Assembly: GCA_031416315.1 (NCBI GenBank)
Contig: JANOTL010000225.1
Coordinates: forward strand, 1-22,396
Direction of reading: 5' to 3'
Source: Pseudomonadota bacterium
GTDB lineage: Bacteria; Bdellovibrionota_B; Oligoflexia; Oligoflexales; CAIYRB01
Length of the DNA: 22,396 nt
Shown here: positions 1 through 9,947 of the stretch, piece by piece
Layout of the letters: every line of letters starts with the position of its first letter
Numbering within the stretch: position 1 is the first letter of the stretch
The notes under the pieces: model-generated
Told to the model about the DNA's origin: nothing
The model's input: only the letters and a program-made list of their open reading frames with translations
Database searches by the model: none
Program-made: the position numbers and the translations under genes

Positions 1-2272
1 CAAGCCGTGGCCGCATCCCCGAGGCCAAGTCGATCTCGAACGTTAGGCTATACCCGTAAATGTAGCGCTTTTCGGCGCTCGCGGGGTCTTCGTCTGCCGC
101 CTTCTCGTAGTGCTCCTGCAGCTCCTCGACCTTCTTTCGACGGAACCCTGCGTCGAGCACGCCGCGATGCGCACTGACGTTCCAAGGGTCGACGGCGATG
201 ACCTTCCGGTACTCCTTGGTGGCCAGCGCCGGCTCGTTTTCCTTCAGGTAATACTCGCCGCGTCGCAGCCAAAATCCGAGCAGGAGGTCGCGAGCGCGCT
301 GGCGACTCTCCGAGCGCTTAGAATCTTTGACGCGCTCGACGAGGCGCGTGAGGATCTCCTCCGCCGCCGCGACGCGGCCGGCTCTCTCCTCCATCGGAAT
401 GAGCCGGGACGCCGCCTCGAGCGTGAGCGCCGTGGACTCCGGATAGGAATCGACGATCTGGCGCAATTCGTTGGCGGCGACGGCGTGTTTACCTTCGCTC
501 ATGTAGTAATCGACCTTTTTCAGGTGCGCCACCGCCGGCAGTGCGGGCAGGCGCTTCGCCGACACCAGGATTTCGCCGAGCTTTTCCACGTAGTCGGCGC
601 GGCCTTCGAGCATCGCGACGGCGGCCTCCGACGAGCGCCGTACGATCAGCCGATTCTCGGGGAACTGCGTGATCAAGCGCTGGAAGGCGCGAATCGCCGA
701 GTCAACGTCGCTCGTGGCGGGCGTGATCAGGGCCGCATAGAACATCGCCTCGGCGACGAGCGCCAAGTCGCTGGCGAACTCCGTCGGCACCTTCGCGAGG
801 ATGTCGTTCGCCGGAAAGAAGTTGCGCTGCGCCGCGAGGATCTTCGCTTTGACGAGCTGTCCCCGACCGACGACGCGGCGCAGCTCGTCGTCCTTGCCCT
901 TGAAGCCGACGAGCAGGCCGTCGACGCGCGCTAGGAGCCCTTCGAGCAGCTTCTTTTGCGCGTCGTTGTGATCGGTTTTCACCTTCGGATAGGCGAGCGG
1001 CGACAGGTCCTGCTCCGTCATCGCGAGGTCAGCGAGGACCTTGATCGCGAGCATGTCGGAGAAGTTCGCGTGAATGCGACGCTGCGCGACTTCGGCCTCG
1101 ACGCGCCGGTCGTTCTGGACGTGCCAGTCGATCTCGAGGATCGCGGCCTCTGCCGCCAGCGCGTCTTGGCCTTGCTTTGCGAATGCGGCCTGCGCGCGAC
1201 GTAAGATGTAGGTCTTCTCGTAGAGGTCGTTTTGTAGGTCGAATTGCTTCTTGAGCGCCTCGATGTCCGTGGCCGGCGCGATCTGTCCCGTCTCGGGCAG
1301 GCGAAAGATGTCGAGACCCTCATTCGTGTGAAGCGCCACGTACAGATAGGGACTGCGGATCTGTGGGGTGAAGGCGCCGAACTTCGCCCCCGTCAGCGGC
1401 TCGATCTTGTAATTGTCACGCTGCTTTTCGCCCTTTTGCGTCGCGAGATCCAGGCGCCAGACCGTCGGGCGATCGTCGCCGTCGAGTTTTCCGTCCGTGT
1501 TCGTGTCGTCGGCGTAACGCACGAACACGAGGCCCTTGCCGTCCTGCGTGAACCGCGGCTGACCATCCAGAATCGAGCCGCCCTCGGTGACTTGCGTGAT
1601 GGTGTTGTCGCCCTCGTGGAACAGCATGATCGCGCCGCTCTTCACGTAGACGACAGTCTTTCCGTCGGGGGCGACGCTCGGTTGGTCGCCCTTGGCTTCG
1701 CCTAGCGGCTGGGCCTTGAGGTCGGCGATCTCGGCCGACATGAGCGTCGCGAGCTTCTCGCCCGGCTTGCGCGCGGCGAATACGACCTTGTCGCCGTCGG
1801 GATACCAAGACGGATTTAGGTCCCCCGTCGACTTCGAGACGATCTGGACGATGCTGCCCTCGCTGCCGCCGAAGATCGACCCGAGCGTTACGCCGAGCTT
1901 CAGCACGTGGATGTCGCCGGCCGCGTCGTCGCGGCGCGAGACGAAGGCGATCGCGTCGCCGTCAGGGCTCAAGACGGGGACGAAATCGTCGGCTGAATGG
2001 AAGGTGAGCGGCCGCGCGAAACCGCCCTGCGCGCGCTTCTCCCAGATGTCCTTGTTACCCTTGCGGTCGGACGTATAGACGACGAACGCGCCGTTCGCCG
2101 ACAAGTCTGGCGCGAAGTTCGATTCGTTGCCGGCCGTCACCTGCGCCGGCTGGAAGAACGTCGCCTCGTCCTTCTTCGCGACGAGGTCGACGTCTTCGGT
2201 GTATTTGTTGCCGCTGCAGGCAACGACCGCCAGGAGCGCCGGCGACCAGACCCGAGCGCAGAAAAGTCGCAT
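1..2272 (-). CDS. Large lipoprotein with TolB-like (PD40) beta-propeller followed by TPR-like helical repeats; 3' end outside window (partial, >757 aa)
   Basis: Manual translation from ATG at 2272 (TGATG overlap with upstream stop) has no stop down to position 2, which is why the ORF track omits it. N-terminus MRLFCARVWSPALLAVVA-C is a lipoprotein signal. PD40-like blades: NFAPDLSANGAFVVYTSDRKGNKDIW, DFVPVLSPDGDAIAFVSRRD, DLNPSWYPDGDKVVFAAR, DQPSVAPDGKTVVYVK, DGQPRFTQDGKGLVFVR. TPR-like segments: AIRAFQRLITQFPEN, AANELRQIVDSYPES, ATKEYRKVIAVDPWN. Confidence 0.9.
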   Translation of the reverse strand, partial: MRLFCARVWSPALLAVVACSGNKYTEDVDLVAKKDEATFFQPAQVTAGNESNFAPDLSANGAFVVYTSDRKGNKDIWEKRAQGGFARPLTFHSADDFVPVLSPDGDAIAFVSRRDDAAGDIHVLKLGVTLGSIFGGSEGSIVQIVSKSTGDLNPSWYPDGDKVVFAARKPGEKLATLMSAEIADLKAQPLGEAKGDQPSVAPDGKTVVYVKSGAIMLFHEGDNTITQVTEGGSILDGQPRFTQDGKGLVFVRYADDTNTDGKLDGDDRPTVWRLDLATQKGEKQRDNYKIEPLTGAKFGAFTPQIRSPYLYVALHTNEGLDIFRLPETGQIAPATDIEALKKQFDLQNDLYEKTYILRRAQAAFAKQGQDALAAEAAILEIDWHVQNDRRVEAEVAQRRIHANFSDMLAIKVLADLAMTEQDLSPLAYPKVKTDHNDAQKKLLEGLLARVDGLLVGFKGKDDELRRVVGRGQLVKAKILAAQRNFFPANDILAKVPTEFASDLALVAEAMFYAALITPATSDVDSAIRAFQRLITQFPENRLIVRRSSEAAVAMLEGRADYVEKLGEILVSAKRLPALPAVAHLKKVDYYMSEGKHAVAANELRQIVDSYPESTALTLEAASRLIPMEERAGRVAAAEEILTRLVERVKDSKRSESRQRARDLLLGFWLRRGEYYLKENEPALATKEYRKVIAVDPWNVSAHRGVLDAGFRRKKVEELQEHYEKAADEDPASAEKRYIYGYSLTFEIDLASGMRPRL

Positions 2273-2832
2273 CACTGGTCCGCTTTCCTGAGCCACTGGC
2301 CGTTTTCGTCTTGAATCCACTGCCCGGGCGCCGCCTGATCCCGCTGCTCCTTCGCGCGAGTCCGGCGCACCGCCGGCAAGTCCTTGTCTTCCAAGGTCTC
2401 GCTCGCTTCGATGAGCCGATGCCAGACCGTCATCCGGTCCTTGTTTTCTTCGTCGACGAGCTGCATGGCGAGGCGCACGTCGGACGTCCCCGGTTGGATG
2501 CCCGCGACCCCGCTCGGAAGGACGACGACGGTGCCGTCGACGGCCTCGCCGAGCACCTGCTTGTCCTTCAGCTCTTCGATGTCGTCGCGGTTGAAGTCCT
2601 GATTCTGCCGCGCGTCGACGGCGCGTTTGCGCTCCGCCGACAGTTTCGGCACGGTCGCCTTCGGGTCCGGCGCACGTACGGACGAGGCGAGGATGACGTC
2701 GTCGTCCAACTCCTTGTACGCGCCGATTACCTGATTCTCTAGGGCCGTACGCTGCGACGTCAGGTCAAATTTGAACGTGCAGCCCGACGCGGAGACCGCG
2801 AGCAGCAACCATGGCAGGGCGGAATGCCGCAT
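2272..2832 (-). CDS. DUF1318/YdbL-like lipoprotein
   Basis: Lipobox LLLAVSASG-C. IEELKDKQVLGEAVDG, LVDEENKDR and AAPGQWIQDENGQW resemble the YdbL/DUF1318 pattern. Starts 3 nt after the AsmA-like stop. Confidence 0.8.
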   Translation of the reverse strand: MRHSALPWLLLAVSASGCTFKFDLTSQRTALENQVIGAYKELDDDVILASSVRAPDPKATVPKLSAERKRAVDARQNQDFNRDDIEELKDKQVLGEAVDGTVVVLPSGVAGIQPGTSDVRLAMQLVDEENKDRMTVWHRLIEASETLEDKDLPAVRRTRAKEQRDQAAPGQWIQDENGQWLRKADQ

Positions 2833-2835
2833 GTT

Positions 2836-5800
2836 CTATTTCCCCTGAGTGTTCGCGCCTGCCGCGGCTTGCTGATCGCCCGCGCCGCCGGCCGTGTCTT
2901 TCATGTTCTGGATAAACTGCGAGATCGGAAAGCGCGACAGCTTCGGCATCGGGAACGGCGCGCCGAGCACGCGCAGGTCGATGTCGAGGCCGATCTCGCC
3001 GTTCTTGATCGGCACCGAGACCTGGCTGATTTCGCCGTACCCGAGGTAACCGCGAATGTCGACGATGGTCTGGTTCTGCTCGTGCGGGTCGATGAAGCAG
3101 AGGATCATGCGCAGCTGATCCTTTCCGATCGAGGTGATTTCGAGACCGCCCTGCATGTTGTTGCTGCGCATGTCGTAGTCGAGATGCACGGTGCCGTCGA
3201 TGAAGGGATTGGCGAAGAGGCTCCAGCTAGATCCCTTGCATTTGCCGCTCGGGATCCGGTCCATGAGCTTTCGCGAGTCGAGTCGGGTCAAGTGGAGGGA
3301 CGTCCGCACGGAGCGCGGTTTTGGGTCGAAAGCGAGCTGCAAGTCGCCCTCGATCTTGCCGTTCAGGAAGCCGATGACGAACTGATTCAGCGCGAACCAG
3401 TTCTGGCGGAGCTCGAGGTCCAATTCGATCTGCGACATCTCCAGGTTGGCGACGACGACTTTCTTGACCGAGAGCGGACGACGCTCTGGGAAGAAGGGGC
3501 GCACCGTGCCGTAATCGACCATGGCGACGATGTTGGCATCCTTTGGCAATCCCGGATCGGTCTTCTCGAAGTAGCCTTTCATCTGCGACTGTAGCTTAGC
3601 CTCGTTGACGTCCTCGGCGACGTCGCCTTCTTCCGTGATCTTGACCTCGGCGACGGTGACCGCCGGCGTAGGTGCAGACCCGGCGTCGGTGGCGACCGCG
3701 CCGCCGCTACTTCCGCTGCCGCTGCCGGAGCCGCTGCCGGACCCGATGCCCACACCTTTCGCCTTCGGCTTCGGCATCAGGTCCGCGAGCTTCAGTATCT
3801 GCTTGAAAGGCAGCTCGCCGTTCACTTCCTCGACATTGATGCTCGGCGGCGCCTTCGGATCCTTGTCGGGGATGGCGAGGTGAAAGTGCTCGAATGCGGC
3901 GCCGCCGTCGACGGCGGCCGTCTTCATGTCCTCGGTTTCGGCGCTGACGCGCACGTTGATCTTGCCGGAGGTCTTGACGTTGCCAGGAAGCTTCTCGTCA
4001 CCGTTGTGCTGCATGTTGGCGGTGACGCGCGTCGCGGCGCGCTGCAGAAGGGACAGGGGGTCGAACTTCTCGCCGCTGGTCACGGTTTTCAGGAAGTCCG
4101 AGGCCATCTTCACGTCGACGAAGACCGAGGCGTCGAGGCCGTAGTCGGGGATTTTCACCCGCAACTCGTCGAGCGCGAAGTCGGTGAGCTTCGCTTGCTT
4201 GATTAGGGAGGTGACGCGGAGCTCCGACATGGGCCGCGGGAGCATGCCCGCGGCCGACACCTTGCCAACGAAGAGCTTGTTGAAGATCTCCGAGCGCATG
4301 TGCTTTAGGAGCTTGGGCGTCTTGCCGCCGGTCGAATCGTCGGGCGTCAAGTCGAGCGGGCCGTCGAAGTCGTTTTGGACCCCGGACTCGAAGGTGAAGC
4401 GCTCGACGGTGATCGGCATCGGCTTGGCCGCGCCCTTGGCAGGAAGCTCGAGCGCTAGTCCCTCGAATTTGTGAATCACTTCGATCTTCTGCGAGGCAGT
4501 CGATCCGCTCGACAGGATGCGCGTCTCGAAGTCTTTCAAGTCGATTTTCATGAACGGCAGGACCGCGTTGAACTTGGCGAGGTTCAACTGCGTGTTGAAT
4601 TTGACGTCTGCCTCGCGGACGAGCTGTTCCGTCGGCGTCGACGTCGGGTCGGGAATCTTCCCGCGGGCTGCGAACTGGAAATCGAGCGAGCCGGTGAGCT
4701 TCGTGGGCATGAAGTCGCCGACTTTGAGGACGGCCCCGAGGGGCAACGCGATCGCATGGAGATTTTGCAGCGAGTCGAGCCGCACGAGCGCGCTCGAGCG
4801 GAACTTTTGGCACTTCTGCTGGCAATCGGCCATCGCCGAGATCTCGGCCAGATCCGTCAATTCCACGTTGGCCGCCAGAGACATCCGCGACAGGTCCTTG
4901 CGCCCGTCGGCGTCGACATCGACATAGAGCGGCGCGTCGATCTTCGCGATGCCTTTGCCCGACGTCGTGACGTGCTCGGCCTCGAGGTTCACCTTGAGGA
5001 TCGGCAAGATCATCTCGGGCCACAGCGCCCGCGCGGTCACCTTCGCCGTGAACTCCTCCACCCCGGCGCGGATCTCGCCCATCTTCGCCTGCTGCGTCAA
5101 GTCGAGCTTCGGCACCGCGAGGTCGAGCGACAGATCGATCTGCGACCCCGAGCCAGCGAGCGCGGGCCCGGCCTGGAGCGACAGGCTGCCTGAGATCGGC
5201 TCCATCGTCACGCCGGTGCCCGGATAGTCGACGAGCACGTCCTCGAGCCACAGAATCGCGGTGGTGTAGGGAAGGGGAACGCCGTTCGCGGCGTTGGCGA
5301 GCTTCTCCGGCTCGATCAGTCCCTCGACCTTCACCTCGTCCAGCGTGATGCCACCCGAGGCAACGAGCCCGGGAACGAAGGGTTTTGCGAGCGTCGTCGC
5401 GTTCTCGAGGTCGACATGGAGCTTCTGCTTCAGCTTCACCTGGAAGGCCTTGAAGCTCGCGTCGACGATCCCGATCTTGCCCGTGAGGTCGTAGTCGAGC
5501 GCGTCCGCGACGCTGACGTCGACCGTATCGACGCTGATGCCACGCAAATCGCTCTCGAGCGCAATGCGCACCTTCGCGAAGGCGCCGAGGTCCTCATAGC
5601 CCGCGAACGGCGTCTTCAAGCTCATGATCCGCACGCCGAAATCGAAGCCCAAACGTTTCAGATCGTCGACGGAGACGCGCGTCGCGAGCGCGGTCTTCAC
5701 CGCCAGCGTCGGCAAGAGCTCGCCGACGACCTCGCCGTTCTCGTCGACCTTCGCCTCTTGGATGTCGACCTCGAGCGGGCGGTCGAAGGGGCTCATCAAG

Positions 5801-6639
5801 CTCACCCAAACGGAGCTTTGTTTGCCGAAGAGATAGACGCCCAGGTCGACGGACAGGCCGTTGGTCATGACGATCTGCGCGATCTTGCCCTTTTGCTCCT
5901 TGATCAGGTCGAGGCGCAGGCCTTGGATGCCGACGTTCTGGGCCATCACCTCGATCGGCATGAAGATCAGGTCCGGATCGAGCGGGATCAGCGCGCCGCC
6001 TTCGGGCACGTCCTCTGGCTTCTTCTCCTCCGGCTTTTCCTCGGGCCCCGGCGGGAACTTGATCGCGCGGTAGGCTAAGATCGAATCGAAGTTGAAGACG
6101 CCATCGACCTGGCGAAGGTGGAATTGCGGCTCGACGAGCTGCAGCGCCTTAATGTGCACGCGACCGGCGAGGAGCTTCGGGATACTGTAGCGGACGCTGA
6201 GCGCCTCGAAGTTCGCGAGCGGGATCGGGTCGATCTCGCCGCCGTATCTCAGGCCCCGGAAGTCTTTGGCCTTCGGCGGATAGAACTGCACCTGGCCGAG
6301 CGTGATGCCGGTCAGGATGTTGAACTGGAGGCTGCCGATGTCGATGCGGCCGCCGGTCTGCTCTTCGACCGCGTCCTTGACGATCTTCTTGAGGTCGTCC
6401 GGCTTCACGAAGTAGGTGGCGCCGACGTAGATCGCGATCCCGAGGAAGGCGACGAGCATGATGCCGTAGGAGATCAGGCGGAAGAACAGCACCTTGAAAC
6501 GGATGCCGATGAAAAATAGCAGGGGCGCGAAGATCCAGCGCCCGCGCCGCCGGCGTTTCGGCGGCGGCGTGTCGACGACGGCTTCAGCAGGCGGAGGGTC
6601 TGCGGGCGGCTGGCTCTGCGTTTCCGGTTCCATGCTCAT
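2836..6639 (-). CDS. AsmA-like/YdbH-family inner-membrane-anchored bridge-like protein (putative intermembrane lipid transport)
   Basis: About 1270 aa. Basic stretch plus hydrophobic N-terminal anchor, AsmA-type N-terminus (IVKDAVEEQTGGRIDIGSLQFNILTG...LQLVEPQFHL...FNFDSI), then beta-strand-rich sequence. Lies upstream of a DUF1318 gene as in ydbH-ynbE-ydbL. Start uncertain (GTG 6654, ATG 6639 or ATG 6633). Confidence 0.75.
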   Translation of the reverse strand: MSMEPETQSQPPADPPPAEAVVDTPPPKRRRRGRWIFAPLLFFIGIRFKVLFFRLISYGIMLVAFLGIAIYVGATYFVKPDDLKKIVKDAVEEQTGGRIDIGSLQFNILTGITLGQVQFYPPKAKDFRGLRYGGEIDPIPLANFEALSVRYSIPKLLAGRVHIKALQLVEPQFHLRQVDGVFNFDSILAYRAIKFPPGPEEKPEEKKPEDVPEGGALIPLDPDLIFMPIEVMAQNVGIQGLRLDLIKEQKGKIAQIVMTNGLSVDLGVYLFGKQSSVWVSLMSPFDRPLEVDIQEAKVDENGEVVGELLPTLAVKTALATRVSVDDLKRLGFDFGVRIMSLKTPFAGYEDLGAFAKVRIALESDLRGISVDTVDVSVADALDYDLTGKIGIVDASFKAFQVKLKQKLHVDLENATTLAKPFVPGLVASGGITLDEVKVEGLIEPEKLANAANGVPLPYTTAILWLEDVLVDYPGTGVTMEPISGSLSLQAGPALAGSGSQIDLSLDLAVPKLDLTQQAKMGEIRAGVEEFTAKVTARALWPEMILPILKVNLEAEHVTTSGKGIAKIDAPLYVDVDADGRKDLSRMSLAANVELTDLAEISAMADCQQKCQKFRSSALVRLDSLQNLHAIALPLGAVLKVGDFMPTKLTGSLDFQFAARGKIPDPTSTPTEQLVREADVKFNTQLNLAKFNAVLPFMKIDLKDFETRILSSGSTASQKIEVIHKFEGLALELPAKGAAKPMPITVERFTFESGVQNDFDGPLDLTPDDSTGGKTPKLLKHMRSEIFNKLFVGKVSAAGMLPRPMSELRVTSLIKQAKLTDFALDELRVKIPDYGLDASVFVDVKMASDFLKTVTSGEKFDPLSLLQRAATRVTANMQHNGDEKLPGNVKTSGKINVRVSAETEDMKTAAVDGGAAFEHFHLAIPDKDPKAPPSINVEEVNGELPFKQILKLADLMPKPKAKGVGIGSGSGSGSGSGSSGGAVATDAGSAPTPAVTVAEVKITEEGDVAEDVNEAKLQSQMKGYFEKTDPGLPKDANIVAMVDYGTVRPFFPERRPLSVKKVVVANLEMSQIELDLELRQNWFALNQFVIGFLNGKIEGDLQLAFDPKPRSVRTSLHLTRLDSRKLMDRIPSGKCKGSSWSLFANPFIDGTVHLDYDMRSNNMQGGLEITSIGKDQLRMILCFIDPHEQNQTIVDIRGYLGYGEISQVSVPIKNGEIGLDIDLRVLGAPFPMPKLSRFPISQFIQNMKDTAGGAGDQQAAAGANTQGK

Positions 6640-6680
6640 TAGTATATAGCCCACGCCCTTTGGGAGGTCCCCCCAAGCAC

Positions 6681-6714
6681 GAAGAAAAGGGCAGGCTCAT
6701 CAGGAGCCTGCCCT
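6681..6714 (-). terminator. Intrinsic terminator of pckA
   Basis: 11-bp perfect stem AGGGCAGGCTC (6688-6698)/GAGCCTGCCCT (6704-6714) followed on the - strand by TTTCTTC, about 20 nt after the pckA stop. Confidence 0.8.
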
Positions 6715-6735
6715 CGTCTCGACGGATTCAGGAGA

Positions 6736-8358
<1,623 letters not shown>

Positions 8359-8589
8359 GGAATACTCCAAGTACCGAACATTCGAGTGAATACCAGGATA
8401 TCCAGATATCACGAAGGCCCCCCGGCGCTGAAGGGGCAGAATAAGCTGATGAGTTTCGATGACTTAGGGGCTCTTTCGATCAGCTTCGGCGGCGAGCGCT
8501 TGCCGGCGCGAAACGCCGTCGGGCCTAGAAAGAGAGCCCCGTAAAGTTCCGACTCCGAGCGCCGATCCACGGTTAACCCGGAGTTCCGC

Positions 8590-9825
8590 ATGCGTCGTAT
8601 CATCCTCATCGCCTTCCTGTGCCTTGCCTGCAACAAGGCGGCGCCCGGCACCAAGCAGGAAAGCAAAGGGAGCGGCAGCAACACGGCATCCGGATCAGCC
8701 GCGACCGACGACTTCTCGACCGCGGCGGCGCCGATTCCGGTCACAGCCGCCAATTTGCACGTCGAGTGCAACTGGGACCGGCTCGGCGAGGCGGATACGG
8801 TCAAAGTCGCGTGCTCGGTCTCGACGCCTGTGCCACCGGGAACCAAGTTTCTCTGGAGCGCGCTCGGGGAGGCTGCCTCCGTGAGCGCCGACGGCGCGAC
8901 CGTCGAGTTCGTCGTGGCACGGGGGATGCTCGCAAGCTTCGCCGCGCGCGTCGTGCTGGTTCGCGACGACGGCACGCCACAGGCGCCGGTCGACACGCCT
9001 TTCGCCAGCGCACTGCCGGCCCTCGAGCCCGGCGGGACGCTCGCGACCTGCCTCGCCTCGCCGGAGCCGATCGCGTCCTGTTTCGCAGCATCCGCCGTCG
9101 GCATCCAGACGGGCGGCGAGATCGGGCGCGGCTGCCGCGTGACGGCGCGACCGGCCATCGTGCGGCGCGGCCATCCCGACACGGTCGTCCTGAGCCTCGA
9201 AGAAATCGGGCCGCGCTCCGACGCCGAGCTCAGCTTTGCGACCGCGACGTTCCCGCCCGGCACGACCGCGACGTCCGCGAGCACTGAGATCGCGTTCATC
9301 CCGACGACGACGGTCGCGGATACGCCTGGAACGAAGCTCCGCTTCGCCGCCCAGTATCGCCAAGGCGTCGACGTCTTCGATTGCCACGTGGACGTCTCGA
9401 TTGAAACACCGCGCATGATTCAAACAAACCAAACCCTCTTGACTACGGCGACGGCCCCAGGCGAGCGCTCATCGATCGAAGCGCGTTACGACATCCGTAA
9501 TCTCTACGAAGGCGAAACGCTCAGCCTAGTCACGCCGCAAGTCATTTCCGAAGACATTGGCGACTTCACCTTCAAGTTCGACGCGCCGCCCGTCTGCGAC
9601 GCTGGCCTATGCAAGCAGGAGCTGATCCTCGGCTACTCGGTCCAATTCTTGGTGTCGACGACCGTCTATCGCGGCCAGGTCTATCGACTGGAGTTCAGCG
9701 GCCCCAAGGGCGCAGACGGCGTCGCCAAGCGGTTCAACGTCAGCGTCGCGCGGGACATCGTCATTCAGATCAACGGCGATGCCAATCCGGCTGCCTCGTA
9801 CGACGGGACGGCGGGAGCGCCCTGA
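8590..9825 (+). CDS. Hypothetical lipoprotein, beta-rich and Cys-containing
   Basis: GGAG before ATG; lipoprotein signal MRRIILIAFLCLA-C; S/G/T-rich tether; no family recognised. Confidence 0.75.
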   Translation: MRRIILIAFLCLACNKAAPGTKQESKGSGSNTASGSAATDDFSTAAAPIPVTAANLHVECNWDRLGEADTVKVACSVSTPVPPGTKFLWSALGEAASVSADGATVEFVVARGMLASFAARVVLVRDDGTPQAPVDTPFASALPALEPGGTLATCLASPEPIASCFAASAVGIQTGGEIGRGCRVTARPAIVRRGHPDTVVLSLEEIGPRSDAELSFATATFPPGTTATSASTEIAFIPTTTVADTPGTKLRFAAQYRQGVDVFDCHVDVSIETPRMIQTNQTLLTTATAPGERSSIEARYDIRNLYEGETLSLVTPQVISEDIGDFTFKFDAPPVCDAGLCKQELILGYSVQFLVSTTVYRGQVYRLEFSGPKGADGVAKRFNVSVARDIVIQINGDANPAASYDGTAGAP

Positions 9826-9837
9826 GCCGCTTTCCGC

Positions 9838-9873
9838 AAAAAAGAAGGCACCTCCGTATTTAGAGGTGCCTTT
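9838..9873. terminator. Intrinsic terminator between convergent genes, strongest on - strand
   Basis: 10-bp stem AAGGCACCTC (9845-9854)/GAGGTGCCTT (9863-9872); A-run at 9838-9843 gives a U-tract on -; short T-run on +. Confidence 0.8.
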
Positions 9874-9947
9874 CAAGGGATGGGACTTCGGGCTCTCACA
9901 CACTCGCGAAGATCATCGCTCGTCCGCCATGAAAGCTCTTTAAGCTC

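Noticed and set aside
110..2314. + strand ORFs (274, 82, 153, 128 and 105 aa) and short - strand ORFs
   Set aside because: Shadows of the uninterrupted - strand PD40/TPR gene; no motifs.
8359..8412. ORF-track N-terminal extension of PckA (likewise Mrp 18098, TrxB 17211, GST 21625)
   Set aside because: Downstream ATGs have properly spaced Shine-Dalgarno sequences or stop/start overlaps.
8446..8525. Hammerhead-ribozyme-like words CTGATGA ... GAAAC ... GTC
   Set aside because: Stems I and II cannot be formed around the core in either type I or type III topology.
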